From contig CAVXZB010000048.1 of the NCBI GenBank assembly GCA_963765895.1, positions 64,001-128,000 on the forward strand: 64,000 nt of DNA. The letters are read 5' to 3'. The stretch is from an uncultured Nitrososphaeraceae archaeon. GTDB taxonomy: Archaea > Thermoproteota > Nitrososphaeria > Nitrososphaerales > Nitrososphaeraceae. A program made the translations under genes and the position numbers. The notes below the pieces were generated by a model. That model ran no database searches, had not been told where the DNA came from, and worked only from the letters and a program-made list of their open reading frames with translations. Shown here piece by piece: positions 34,484 through 43,953 of the stretch. Every line of letters starts with the position of its first letter. Positions within the stretch are counted from its first letter, which is position 1.

Positions 34484-34855
34484 ATGTCGGCAACGGATTC
34501 GCATTTTAATGATCTTCTGAAACACATTGTTAAGAATTCTTTATTTACTGACAGGCAATTATATATAATTTCGAAGGTAAAAGAAAAGCAAAAATTATTG
34601 GATAGTATAAGTTCAGGAGCGTATTATAGGCAAGTAAGACAGTGTAAGAATAAGATTTTCGGTGTCGTATACAGCATAATGTTGCTAAAAATTATTAATA
34701 TTTTAGACGAACAAGCATTCAACACAATTAATGAGTTGTCTGATCGCCTTGCAAGGATAAGTCAGTCTGACAGTGATCTTATACGTGATATTGATATAAC
34801 TACTGTGATATTTAAGATGGACCAGCTTGTTTCCAGTCTTTCTAACATCAATTAA
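34484..34855 (+). CDS. Conserved hypothetical protein adjacent to the origin
   Basis: SLFTDRQ and ISSGAYYRQVRQ (helix-turn-helix-like). Confidence 0.75.
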   Translation: MSATDSHFNDLLKHIVKNSLFTDRQLYIISKVKEKQKLLDSISSGAYYRQVRQCKNKIFGVVYSIMLLKIINILDEQAFNTINELSDRLARISQSDSDLIRDIDITTVIFKMDQLVSSLSNIN

Positions 34856-34899
34856 ACTATGATATATAAGATTAAATCACCTATTAATCACTATATTAT

Positions 34900-35565
34900 G
34901 TGATGTTAGAATTTTTTGATACCGCTATTGTGACATATGCTCTTATATCATTTCTCTTAGGAGCATTAGCAATGATAATTTACTATAGAATCAAATCACA
35001 ATTTAAAACGAGTAATCTTGCAAATATAGAGATCATTGATGCGATTATTAGCCAATATAATCATCGGCTAGATCAATACGAAGATATCATCAATGAATTG
35101 AAAATCAAGACTGAATTGCTTGAATCAAAGATAATTAAGTCAGGTAATAATCTAAAGACCGTTAATCACGCCATAGACGACTCTACATCACAACAAATAT
35201 CACAATATTCTGAGAAACACAATGAATTATTAGAGCCTAGTCACGTGACTACAGATTCCAACAATGCTAAAATGGCTGCATCAGATGAACTTTTACATAC
35301 TGGTAACACATTGGAAATAATTCTAAGGTTGCTTTTGAACGGTCCTCTGACATCGAGGGAGATACAAAGAGGCATAAGAAGAACTCGTGAACATACCTCA
35401 CGTGTTATGAAAAAGCTTTACGAATTGAAGTATGTTGATCGTGACATGAGTCACAAGCCATTTAGGTATAATATAACCGATTTGGGCCGATTGCAAACCT
35501 ACGATCATGTTTTATCTGACGATGAATCTACTGTTTCCATCCACGACAAGTCTACAAGACATTAA
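34900..35565 (+). CDS. Membrane-anchored winged-helix protein (TM, coiled coil, linker, wHTH)
   Basis: TM YALISFLLGALAMIIYY; heptad region; C-terminal GPLTSREIQRGIRRTREHTSRVMKKLY..YVDRD..KPFRY. Confidence 0.85.
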   Translation: MMLEFFDTAIVTYALISFLLGALAMIIYYRIKSQFKTSNLANIEIIDAIISQYNHRLDQYEDIINELKIKTELLESKIIKSGNNLKTVNHAIDDSTSQQISQYSEKHNELLEPSHVTTDSNNAKMAASDELLHTGNTLEIILRLLLNGPLTSREIQRGIRRTREHTSRVMKKLYELKYVDRDMSHKPFRYNITDLGRLQTYDHVLSDDESTVSIHDKSTRH

Positions 35566-35817
35566 CTGTTAAGATAGATGATTTGCATTAATCATTCCAA
35601 AAACTGAAAAATGCAGTAATAATCTTCATAAGATTTACAATATTTATACATATATGTAATTTTAATATACAATGACTGGCTGCATTAACAAAGTGTCTGA
35701 CATTTTAACACGTTAACTTCTTAACAAAAACAGACTAGATGTGTTAACTTATCATGATACACTTGAGATATATGAAAGGATCAAATTATAACAAGTAGTA
35801 AATAGGCGCTTCTAGTG

Positions 35818-35837
35818 TCCAGTGGAAATAAAGGGGT
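35818..35837 (+). promoter_or_regulatory. ORB 1 (TCCAGTGGAAATAAAGGGGT)
   Basis: Matches the archaeal ORB consensus TCCAxxGGAAA plus G-string. Confidence 0.92.
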
Positions 35838-35878
35838 TCACTATAGAGCGATTAACATAATCTATCTGACGTTAACAC

Positions 35879-35898
35879 TCCACTGGAAATAATGGGGT
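35879..35898 (+). promoter_or_regulatory. ORB 2 (TCCACTGGAAATAATGGGGT)
   Basis: Near-identical to ORB 1. Confidence 0.92.
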
Positions 35899-35975
35899 AG
35901 TTAGGTGCCGTTATCCTATATCTCTCTTGCATGTTAACAATTGATAATATCTAATAGCTTAAACCTGGCTACCTC

Positions 35976-35995
35976 ACCCCGTTGTTTCGTGTCCA
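35976..35995 (-). promoter_or_regulatory. ORB 3, degenerate and inverted (TGGACACGAAACAACGGGGT)
   Basis: GAAA-N4-GGGGT on the minus strand at the left edge of the AT-rich tract. Confidence 0.6.
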
Positions 35996-36122
35996 TTAAA
36001 TTTTCTCGTAAACAATAATAGTAATAATAATTATTTGATTAATTAATTAATAGATATTGATTAACGTGTTTAAATGTGGTTTGTTAATATCATGTTATAA
36101 TATTATATTAACAACTCAGATC

Positions 36123-36142
36123 TACAATGGAAAGACTGGGGT
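36123..36142 (+). promoter_or_regulatory. ORB 4 (TACAATGGAAAGACTGGGGT)
   Basis: ORB-like box at the right edge of the AT-rich tract, about 30 bp before cdc6. Confidence 0.75.
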
Positions 36143-36174
36143 GGGAGTTATAATGGTGATAATGGTGATAATGG

Positions 36175-37395
36175 ATGAGTGACGATATACTTGATAGCAT
36201 TTTTGAAAAAGCCGCAGCAGGACAAACCTTAATCAAGAATCGCAAGACACTTACGATTGATTATGTTCCTGAAAGACTTCCGTTTAGAGATGATGAGACA
36301 GGAACGATTGCACAAGCACTATCTGTAGTGCTAAAGGGCGCAAGACCGTCAAATCTCCTACTATTTGGTAAACCTGGTACTGGAAAAACTGCAGTAGTCA
36401 AAAATGTAACCAAACGTCTCCTGACGAAAACAAGCGATCTGGGAATCGAGGTATTAATGCCATTCATAAATGCAAAGACCGCAAATACAGGCTATAAAGT
36501 GCTATATGAAATTGCTGAAAATATGGGTATTAATAAAGAAGAAAAGAAATTTCATGTTCACTTTACAGGTTTATCAATGGGTGAAGCAACAGATAGAATT
36601 TTAGATTTTATAAAAAACAAGAAAAAATTGCATGTTATTTTAATAATTGATGAAATTGATTCGTTAGTTGATAAAAATGGAGATGATATATTATATAATT
36701 TTACGAGAGCGAATGAAAGAATTATCGGAGGATTCATTAGCTTGATTGGTATATCTAACAGTCTCACCTTTAAAGATAAACTTGATCCTAGAGTTAGAAG
36801 TAGCCTTAGTGAAGAAGAAATGGTATTTAATCCATATACTATAGAGCAGCTGCAAAAGATCTTATTAAATAGGGCCAAAGTTGCGTTTAACGAAGATTGT
36901 ATCTCGGATGCAGCCATAAATCTGTGCGCAGCTATAGCTGGAAGAGAAAATGGCGATGCTAGACGTGCAATCGATTTACTTAGAGTTGCGGCTGAAATCG
37001 CAGAAAGAGAAAGAGCGTCTAAGGTTGAAGAAAAACATATTAGACTATCCCAAGAAAAAATCGAGAAAGACACAAATTACGAGATTTTAAAAAATTCTAC
37101 TACACATACTAAAATACTAATACTTGCAATTCTTAAATCAAAAAATGGAAATACTGGTGAAGTATATGAAATTTACTCATCTTTTTGTAGACATATACAA
37201 CAGGAACCGCTTACTCAGCGTCGTATAACTCAAATAATCAGCGAACTTGATCAACTTGGCTTAATAAGGAGTGACGTAGTAAGCCAGGGTAGATATGGCA
37301 GATCACAGAGAATTAAAGTTACTATTCCGTCAATTACTATTACATCTGCATTAAGAGATGATCAGATTCTCTCTACATTATTGTTTGCTGATTAA
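36175..37395 (+). CDS. cdc6: Orc1/Cdc6 replication initiator
   Basis: DYVPERLPFR, Walker A GKPGTGKT, Walker B IIDEID, LDPRVRSSL, GDARRAIDLLR and C-terminal wHTH. Confidence 0.98.
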   Translation: MSDDILDSIFEKAAAGQTLIKNRKTLTIDYVPERLPFRDDETGTIAQALSVVLKGARPSNLLLFGKPGTGKTAVVKNVTKRLLTKTSDLGIEVLMPFINAKTANTGYKVLYEIAENMGINKEEKKFHVHFTGLSMGEATDRILDFIKNKKKLHVILIIDEIDSLVDKNGDDILYNFTRANERIIGGFISLIGISNSLTFKDKLDPRVRSSLSEEEMVFNPYTIEQLQKILLNRAKVAFNEDCISDAAINLCAAIAGRENGDARRAIDLLRVAAEIAERERASKVEEKHIRLSQEKIEKDTNYEILKNSTTHTKILILAILKSKNGNTGEVYEIYSSFCRHIQQEPLTQRRITQIISELDQLGLIRSDVVSQGRYGRSQRIKVTIPSITITSALRDDQILSTLLFAD

Positions 37396-38920
37396 AATCC
37401 ATTTGGAAAGGCCTAAGTGTAGCAAGATTCACTAGAATTGCAATCCCTGGAGTTGGAACTATATTCATTGTACGCTGAAAATTGGTTTGTGCTTGCCATG
37501 CCCCCGAATTAACGACCAGCGTTCCCCGATAATTCTGAACGTCTATGACGTGGACATGTCCTGAATGGAATATGTCTGGGATTTCAGTAATTACCATCAT
37601 ATCGTCCTTTTCCGGAGCTAATGGAGTATGTTCTCCATATATTGGTGATAAGTGCCTTGCCTTAAGTAATATCTTCATTGCTTCTGCAGGTTTTGAGTAT
37701 GTTAAACCGGGTGTCGCGGCTATGATATCATCTAAACCTTGTCCGTGATACATCAATATTTTGACACCATTTAATTCAATAAGACTGGGGTTTCCAAGCA
37801 TGGTGAAATTATTCAAAGAATACAACTTGTTAGAATCGTTTCTTGGAATGGCCGGTTGTGGAAGAGCCCTTCTACCTGGATCATGGTTACCAGGGATTAC
37901 AAATACTTTGATATGTTTTGGGATTTTGGTAAGTAAATCACTAACATGTATGATTTGTTTATCCGTATTCGTCTCAAGTAATTCTTTGTCCTGATGCGGA
38001 AATATTCCAATACCATCAATTAGATCTCCTGCTATGCATAGAAATTTGATCCTCCTTACTATATCGTCCGCATCAGAAGAGAGCCACATTAAAAATTTAA
38101 TAAATTCTTTTTCCATAAAATATTTGCTTCCGACGTGTAGATCAGAAATCAATACTGCATAGCTTTCAGATTTTGATCTAGTAGGAAGGTGTTCTGGAAT
38201 ATCTGGAGAAACTATATTTTTTATAACAAAACTATGCATTGCTTTATTATTCTGGTTTTCAAGTTCTAACATGACCATTTGATCAAGTGCAAGTATTGAT
38301 GCCTGTTTCCTTAACTCTTCGTTAGTTGCAATCACATTTAATATTCCAGTACAGTCATCAATTACCATTTCTAAACCATTTTTTCTAAAATGTTTAGACA
38401 TCAACAAACCAGCAACTACTGAAACAGAATTTGTAACCCGATATTCAGTAGTACCACGCGACTTTGATCTAGCCGTCTGCTTTAAAGATGCAATTCTTGT
38501 TATTCTTTTACTGGAAGGGCGTAGTGCTAAAATATGAAGTAATTTTTCAAATCTACTTCTAAATAATGCAGTATAACCCTCCACACCCTCATTTGTATTA
38601 ATCTTGGATGTCGGGTCAGAAATTACTCTATATACGTGCTCATCAGAATGGGATGGATGATAATTTGTATCATCATCATAAATTACTTCAGGGTCGACTA
38701 CTACATTTGTAATTTTGTCTTTGTCTTTCATGATGATATTTTGTATGTCTTCTAATACAATCAAAGTGTCTCCTTTTTGCTTAGTTCTGATTATATCTCC
38801 TATAATTTCGGAAGCATTGATTTCTAGATTCTTAAGCATAGCAAAAGCGTCAGGATGGATTTGATAGCCCTTGCTAGTGGCTAACGTTAATGCATTAAGA
38901 ATTTCTTTTTGGAAAGCCAA
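37373..38920 (-). CDS. polB: DNA polymerase II (PolD) small subunit DP1
   Basis: SDLHVGS, AGDLIDGIGI, PGNHD, YHG, RHLSP, HSGHVH and NSGAWQAQT. Confidence 0.97.
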   Translation of the reverse strand: MAFQKEILNALTLATSKGYQIHPDAFAMLKNLEINASEIIGDIIRTKQKGDTLIVLEDIQNIIMKDKDKITNVVVDPEVIYDDDTNYHPSHSDEHVYRVISDPTSKINTNEGVEGYTALFRSRFEKLLHILALRPSSKRITRIASLKQTARSKSRGTTEYRVTNSVSVVAGLLMSKHFRKNGLEMVIDDCTGILNVIATNEELRKQASILALDQMVMLELENQNNKAMHSFVIKNIVSPDIPEHLPTRSKSESYAVLISDLHVGSKYFMEKEFIKFLMWLSSDADDIVRRIKFLCIAGDLIDGIGIFPHQDKELLETNTDKQIIHVSDLLTKIPKHIKVFVIPGNHDPGRRALPQPAIPRNDSNKLYSLNNFTMLGNPSLIELNGVKILMYHGQGLDDIIAATPGLTYSKPAEAMKILLKARHLSPIYGEHTPLAPEKDDMMVITEIPDIFHSGHVHVIDVQNYRGTLVVNSGAWQAQTNFQRTMNIVPTPGIAILVNLATLRPFQMDFNQQTIM

Positions 38921-39014
38921 GGTACTGGCTATTCATTCTATGAATACCATCTTTAATTACATTTCCATAATTGATAAACTAATTATAACAATAAAGATAA
39001 CGTTAAGTTTCGTA

Positions 39015-39566
39015 TTGCGTTTCAGTATTAAATACCGTCTAATCTATCTGGCATTTGGTATAGTCACTTTTCTAATTGCTTATTCTGCCGGTGCATCAAT
39101 TCATATGAGTACAAGAGAAACAAATATTCTAAAACAACAATTTTCAGAGCAAATAAAGGATATTAATCAATTCGGGATTTTTATCAATAATGTTAAATTG
39201 GCACTTGGGATGTTCATTCCTGTACTTGGGATAGGTCTGGGAATATTTTCTGGTTTTTCAACAGGAATGGTATTTAATGCACTTGCTATAACTTCTCCTC
39301 TTCTGAAGAATATTCCACCGTTATTAATCTTGATTACTCCGTTTGGACTTTTGGAAATTTTTGCTTATGGTTTAGCATTATCTAGAAGTGGAATACTATT
39401 TTATCAATTAATAAAGAAAAAATCATGGAAAGAATGTACAATTCCCTTACTTATAGAGTCTTCGATTGTAATAGTAGTCCTATTAGTAGGAGCAATAATA
39501 GAATGGCAGACAATATTGCGATTTGGAGGTCTACATTCGTCTCGCGTTAGTTTATATCAGCACTAG
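39015..39566 (+). CDS. SpoIIM/DUF95-like membrane protein
   Basis: IFINN..LALGMFIP and TPFGLLEIFAY; start probably TTG near 39015 rather than 38871. Confidence 0.8.
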   Translation: MRFSIKYRLIYLAFGIVTFLIAYSAGASIHMSTRETNILKQQFSEQIKDINQFGIFINNVKLALGMFIPVLGIGLGIFSGFSTGMVFNALAITSPLLKNIPPLLILITPFGLLEIFAYGLALSRSGILFYQLIKKKSWKECTIPLLIESSIVIVVLLVGAIIEWQTILRFGGLHSSRVSLYQH

Positions 39567-39726
39567 TTTGATATCTTATGTTAGAGTAGTAACGTAATAC
39601 CATTAAATGAACCAATTTATGGATTGTGGACGAGTCTTTATAAGTGAAATAAAATGAAATTTTAGAACCTTGATATACTGTTGCAGATTCATTGTAACCT
39701 AATATTGAGGAAGGAAAAGATGCTTG

Positions 39727-40425
39727 TTATCTTATATGATTAATTACTACTACTGAGAGATCACTAAATTTCAGTCCTTCTAAATCACTAACTTTGCCGC
39801 GGAAAACAGTCTCTTTGCTATCATTAGTTAGATGCTCAAAAACCCAGACATTTAGGTTTGAAGTATCTATCCTATTCTCTTTTAAAAATATCGCTATTTC
39901 TGATTGCATAAAGTTCTTCTCTGAATCACTAGGCCAAGGCCGAGGTAGTAGGATTACATCTTTTCTAAGAATTATAGATCTAACTAATTCCTTCTTTTTC
40001 TGTTCAATATCTGTGGTTACATGAAAAGTAACTATATGTGCCTTATCTAATGGTACCTTTGATTTTGCTGCTGCAATCTGAATTGAACTTATACCTGGAA
40101 TAATTTCAACATTTTTTTCACCGAAAATTTCTAATAATCTATCAACAACTTCGGATTCGGAAAAATTTACATCACCGGTAAATAGCACGGCGCAATATTC
40201 CTCGTCTTTCATCCTATCATAAATATATTGATATCGTTCTTCTTGATTTTTTAGAGAAATCACATAAATTTCTTGTTTATTTTTATCTATTAGACTCTCA
40301 ACAGCCGATATAGTGTACTTGTATCCAATAATATAATGTGATTTGTAAATTGCCTCCCTAGCAATATCTGTAATATATTTTATTGATCCAGGACCGACTC
40401 CGATAGTGTATAAACGCTTTGGCAA
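39727..40425 (-). CDS. cbiE: Precorrin-6Y methyltransferase CbiE-like tetrapyrrole methylase
   Basis: IGVGPGS, TGDVNFS, IIPGISSIQIAAA and VFEHLT. Confidence 0.85.
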   Translation of the reverse strand: MPKRLYTIGVGPGSIKYITDIAREAIYKSHYIIGYKYTISAVESLIDKNKQEIYVISLKNQEERYQYIYDRMKDEEYCAVLFTGDVNFSESEVVDRLLEIFGEKNVEIIPGISSIQIAAAKSKVPLDKAHIVTFHVTTDIEQKKKELVRSIILRKDVILLPRPWPSDSEKNFMQSEIAIFLKENRIDTSNLNVWVFEHLTNDSKETVFRGKVSDLEGLKFSDLSVVVINHIR

Positions 40426-40546
40426 TGTACAATACCATGATATTCAGCCATCCTTAAAGATTTCTTGATGTTCGTTATTCTGGTCTGCAATCTTGGTTTC
40501 TATTTTATTAGTCTATTATTTATAATAACAGGCTTATGATTACTGC

Positions 40547-42511
40547 TTATCGATTTGCTTTATGTATGTTATTGTATGCTTGTCTTATTTCTTCTATTGA
40601 TGAATTGTCTTCTAATGTAGTTATATCACCTGTTACTTCTTCGCCAGTAGATATGGATTTAAGTAGTCTGCGCATTATTTTTCCACTTCTTGTTTTTGGA
40701 AGCTTATTTACAAAGTAAATTTCTTCAGGCGTAGCTATGGGACCTACCGTATTTCTAATATGATCGATAAGCTCTTGGCGTAGCTGATCAGATTCAAAGT
40801 AATCTGTACGAAGAACTAAATATGCAATTATTGTCTCACCCTTTTTCTCGTCCTGTCTACTTGTAATAGCAGCTTCTGCAACTGATTTATGTGACACAAA
40901 TGCGCTTTCTAACTCCATTGTGCCTAGTCTGTGTCCTGCTACTTTGAGTACATCGTCTGATCTTCCTAATAGCCAAAAATAGCCATCAGTATCTGACAAG
41001 GCATAATCACCAGAATAATAAACACCGCTAAATCTTTCCCAGTATGTATTCTGATATTTTAAGTCATCTTTCCAAAGCGTCATTAACATTCCAGGCCAAG
41101 GTTTTTTTATCACCAGATACCCTTTCTTGCCAAGAACTACAGGTTCTCCATTTTCATTAACTATGCTTGCATCTATTCCAGGTAAAGGAAATGTGGCAGA
41201 ACCGGGCTTCATTGGTATATCCGAATCTAGACCAGTACAAGCACTTAGCATAATTCCACCAGTTTCTGTTTGCCACCATGTGTCAACAATAGGACAATTC
41301 TCTTTTCCGATAGTTTTGAAGTACCATGCCCAGACCTCTGGGTTAATCGGTTCACCTACAGTACCCAATAAGCGAAGAGATGATAGATCAAATGAACTAG
41401 GAATACTGTTTCCAAATTTCATATACATTCTTAGGGCTGTAGGAGTAGTATACAAAATTGTGACACCGTGTCTTTCAACCATTGCCCAATATCTATTGGG
41501 CTGTGGATACTCTGGTGTCCCTTCATATATCAACTGTGTAACTCCATGCATAAGTGGCGCGTACACAATGTAGCTATGACCAGTAACCCATCCTATATCA
41601 GCAGTACAAAAGAAAATGTCAGTACTCTTATAATCAAATACCCAATTTGCTGTTGCGTATAAATATGTAAGGTAACCACCTGTACTGTGTAGAACACCTT
41701 TTGGTTTACCCGTAGTTCCAGATGTATAAAGGATATACAAAGGATGTGTGCTATCTAGTATCTCGGGTTCACAAAATGAATCAGCCCTTTCAATGACTTT
41801 GTGCCACCATACGTCTATATCATCATTCATATGTAAATCGTTTGAAGTTCTTTTCACGACAATGACGTGTTCTATTGAGGGTATAGATGGAACTGCCTCG
41901 TCTACTATTTTTTTCAGCTCGATAAATTTCCCTCTTCTAAATGTGCCATCTGCAGTTATAATTATTTTAGAATCTGAATCTCTAGCTCTATCAGATAATG
42001 CCTTGGCACTAAATCCGGAGAAAACTACAATGTGTGTTGCACCTATTCTTGAACAAGCTAGCATTGCAATAGCGAGCTCTGGAATCATAGGGAGATAAAT
42101 TATTACTCGATCGCCACTTTTTATTCCAAGGGTTTTTAATGCATTTGCAAATTTATTAACAAAATGATATAGTTGGAAATAAGTAAGTGTTTTAGTCTCG
42201 CCACTTTCATTTTCCCAAATTATAGCTGCCTTGTTTTTTATACCAGAATCTATATGCTTGTCAAGACAGTTGACAGATGCGTTCAACTTGCCGCCAACGA
42301 ACCACTTTGCAAAGGGAGGGTTTTTCCAATCTAGTACCCTTTCCCAATCTTTAAACCAGATTAGATTTTTTGCCTGTTCTCCCCAGAACTGTTCTTGATC
42401 CTCTGATGCTTTTATCTTAATTTTTTCAAATTTTTTGCCTGCAAGGGTTACTCTGATTTTTCCGCTATCTTTGTAAATCTTTGACAATTCATCAGAATCT
42501 GCTTCAGACAT
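40547..42511 (-). CDS. acs: AMP-forming acetate--CoA ligase
   Basis: YTSGTTGKPKG, ADIGWVTGHSY, VGEPINP, DTWWQTETG and LPKTRSGKIMRR. Confidence 0.95.
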   Translation of the reverse strand: MSEADSDELSKIYKDSGKIRVTLAGKKFEKIKIKASEDQEQFWGEQAKNLIWFKDWERVLDWKNPPFAKWFVGGKLNASVNCLDKHIDSGIKNKAAIIWENESGETKTLTYFQLYHFVNKFANALKTLGIKSGDRVIIYLPMIPELAIAMLACSRIGATHIVVFSGFSAKALSDRARDSDSKIIITADGTFRRGKFIELKKIVDEAVPSIPSIEHVIVVKRTSNDLHMNDDIDVWWHKVIERADSFCEPEILDSTHPLYILYTSGTTGKPKGVLHSTGGYLTYLYATANWVFDYKSTDIFFCTADIGWVTGHSYIVYAPLMHGVTQLIYEGTPEYPQPNRYWAMVERHGVTILYTTPTALRMYMKFGNSIPSSFDLSSLRLLGTVGEPINPEVWAWYFKTIGKENCPIVDTWWQTETGGIMLSACTGLDSDIPMKPGSATFPLPGIDASIVNENGEPVVLGKKGYLVIKKPWPGMLMTLWKDDLKYQNTYWERFSGVYYSGDYALSDTDGYFWLLGRSDDVLKVAGHRLGTMELESAFVSHKSVAEAAITSRQDEKKGETIIAYLVLRTDYFESDQLRQELIDHIRNTVGPIATPEEIYFVNKLPKTRSGKIMRRLLKSISTGEEVTGDITTLEDNSSIEEIRQAYNNIHKANR

Positions 42512-42680
42512 TTTCTACTATAAGTCGGGGATAACTTTAAACGTTGTGATGCATAACTATTATCCCAAACTTACCGATTGTATTGTGATATCCTACGATC
42601 AAATGTAGTATTCATTTCGAACTTTGTTCCTGAAGTTTGTGTCAATATATTAAAATAAAGAAATCCAGCGTATCTAACTT

Positions 42681-42944
42681 GTGAAATACAGAAGTAGAAC
42701 AGAAATAGTAGCAATGATCTTAGAGGCTGCAAATGGAGGCGCGACAAAGACAAAGATAATGTACAAAGCCTTTCTTAGCTATGCACAACTAAGGGAATAT
42801 CTTTCAGTACTTATTGAAAATAATCTATTAGAATATTTGGAAGGCTCTCAAACATATAAAACAACAGAAAAGGGATTAAACTTCCTCAAGATGCATAATG
42901 AGATAGGTGAACTTTTACAAACCCAGATAAAACAGGGTAAATAA
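42681..42944 (+). CDS. Winged helix-turn-helix protein (MKYRSR family)
   Basis: Close paralogue of 29623..29916. Confidence 0.9.
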   Translation: MKYRSRTEIVAMILEAANGGATKTKIMYKAFLSYAQLREYLSVLIENNLLEYLEGSQTYKTTEKGLNFLKMHNEIGELLQTQIKQGK

Positions 42945-42982
42945 TAAGTTACCACCCTTTTTCTTGAAACGTTTTTTGTTCT

Positions 42983-43792
42983 TTATTCATTTTGGATTAC
43001 GTGATTAAGCCAACTGTTTTCATCAGTTTCATTATTATTGGTATTGCTTTGAACTGCTTTCTCCTCTGTCCTCTTTCCTTCATCCGCAACTATGATGTGG
43101 GCCGCCTCATTTTGTTTACTTGTCTCAATTTTGGAAGGGGATTCTGTGTAATTAGAGCCTGGCAATTTCTGATGTGGGGTATTAATTGCTAAATCTACAC
43201 TGTCCAAGGTCTGTTGTGTTAATCTCATTTTGACATTATTGATTTCAGCCTTCTCAAGATTAACGTGCTCTATCAAATCGTTTGTATGTATACTGATCTG
43301 TTGATATGTTTCCTCTGTCAGCTCGCTACTTCTATATTGCAGCTTTGCATCGAATAGTACTGATTTGATACTTTTGTTTTCTGCATCTAATTGATTTAAT
43401 CTCTCTTGTAATAATTCAATAATGGTTTTTTCTTTTTCTTCAAGGTCATGTAATCTCTTCTGATATTTTATATAAACCAATTCAGCATCATCTTTCATCA
43501 AATCATTCGCTGCAACCATTTCTTGTAGTGCTTTTATTCTTTGTAAAGTAAGATTCTTTTGTCTTAATAGGTTCTGTGCATCAAGTCTCCATCTTGGAAT
43601 ATATATTACATAATCTCCTTGAACTAATAATTGCTCATACGCTAGTTGATTTAGGCCAGATGATCCGCAGTCCACACCAACAGATTCAATTGAACCATCA
43701 ATATCTGTTATAACGCCAACTACCTTTCCCATGAATGTGCCATACATATCCTTGACTTCCTTGCCTACAAATTCGAGCTTAAATTCGCTCAT
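42983..43792 (-). CDS. cdvA: Cell division protein CdvA
   Basis: N-terminal PRC barrel FVGKEVKDMYGTFMGKVVG..D.DG, long coiled coil, low-complexity tail. Confidence 0.88.
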   Translation of the reverse strand: MSEFKLEFVGKEVKDMYGTFMGKVVGVITDIDGSIESVGVDCGSSGLNQLAYEQLLVQGDYVIYIPRWRLDAQNLLRQKNLTLQRIKALQEMVAANDLMKDDAELVYIKYQKRLHDLEEKEKTIIELLQERLNQLDAENKSIKSVLFDAKLQYRSSELTEETYQQISIHTNDLIEHVNLEKAEINNVKMRLTQQTLDSVDLAINTPHQKLPGSNYTESPSKIETSKQNEAAHIIVADEGKRTEEKAVQSNTNNNETDENSWLNHVIQNE

Positions 43793-43953
43793 GTAATCCG
43801 TTTAATAAGTAGATATAATGGCAACGTTGTCAAAATTGTTGTATTATTTGGCAAAACCATTTTACCGTCTTAATTCCAGAGAACCAGACAATCCTGACTC
43901 AAGTTTAATGATCAATATAAAATAAATACAATTATCATAATAAACTTACTACA

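Larger units (their letters stand above)
35566..36174. other. Chromosomal replication origin (oriC)
   Basis: Non-coding, directly upstream of cdc6, four ORB-like boxes with G-strings and an AT-rich tract at about 35996-36115. Confidence 0.9.

Noticed and set aside
31151-42098. Numerous short antisense ORFs inside polC, GGGPS, cdc6, DP1, cbiE and acs
   Set aside because: Shadow ORFs on the opposite strand of well-supported genes
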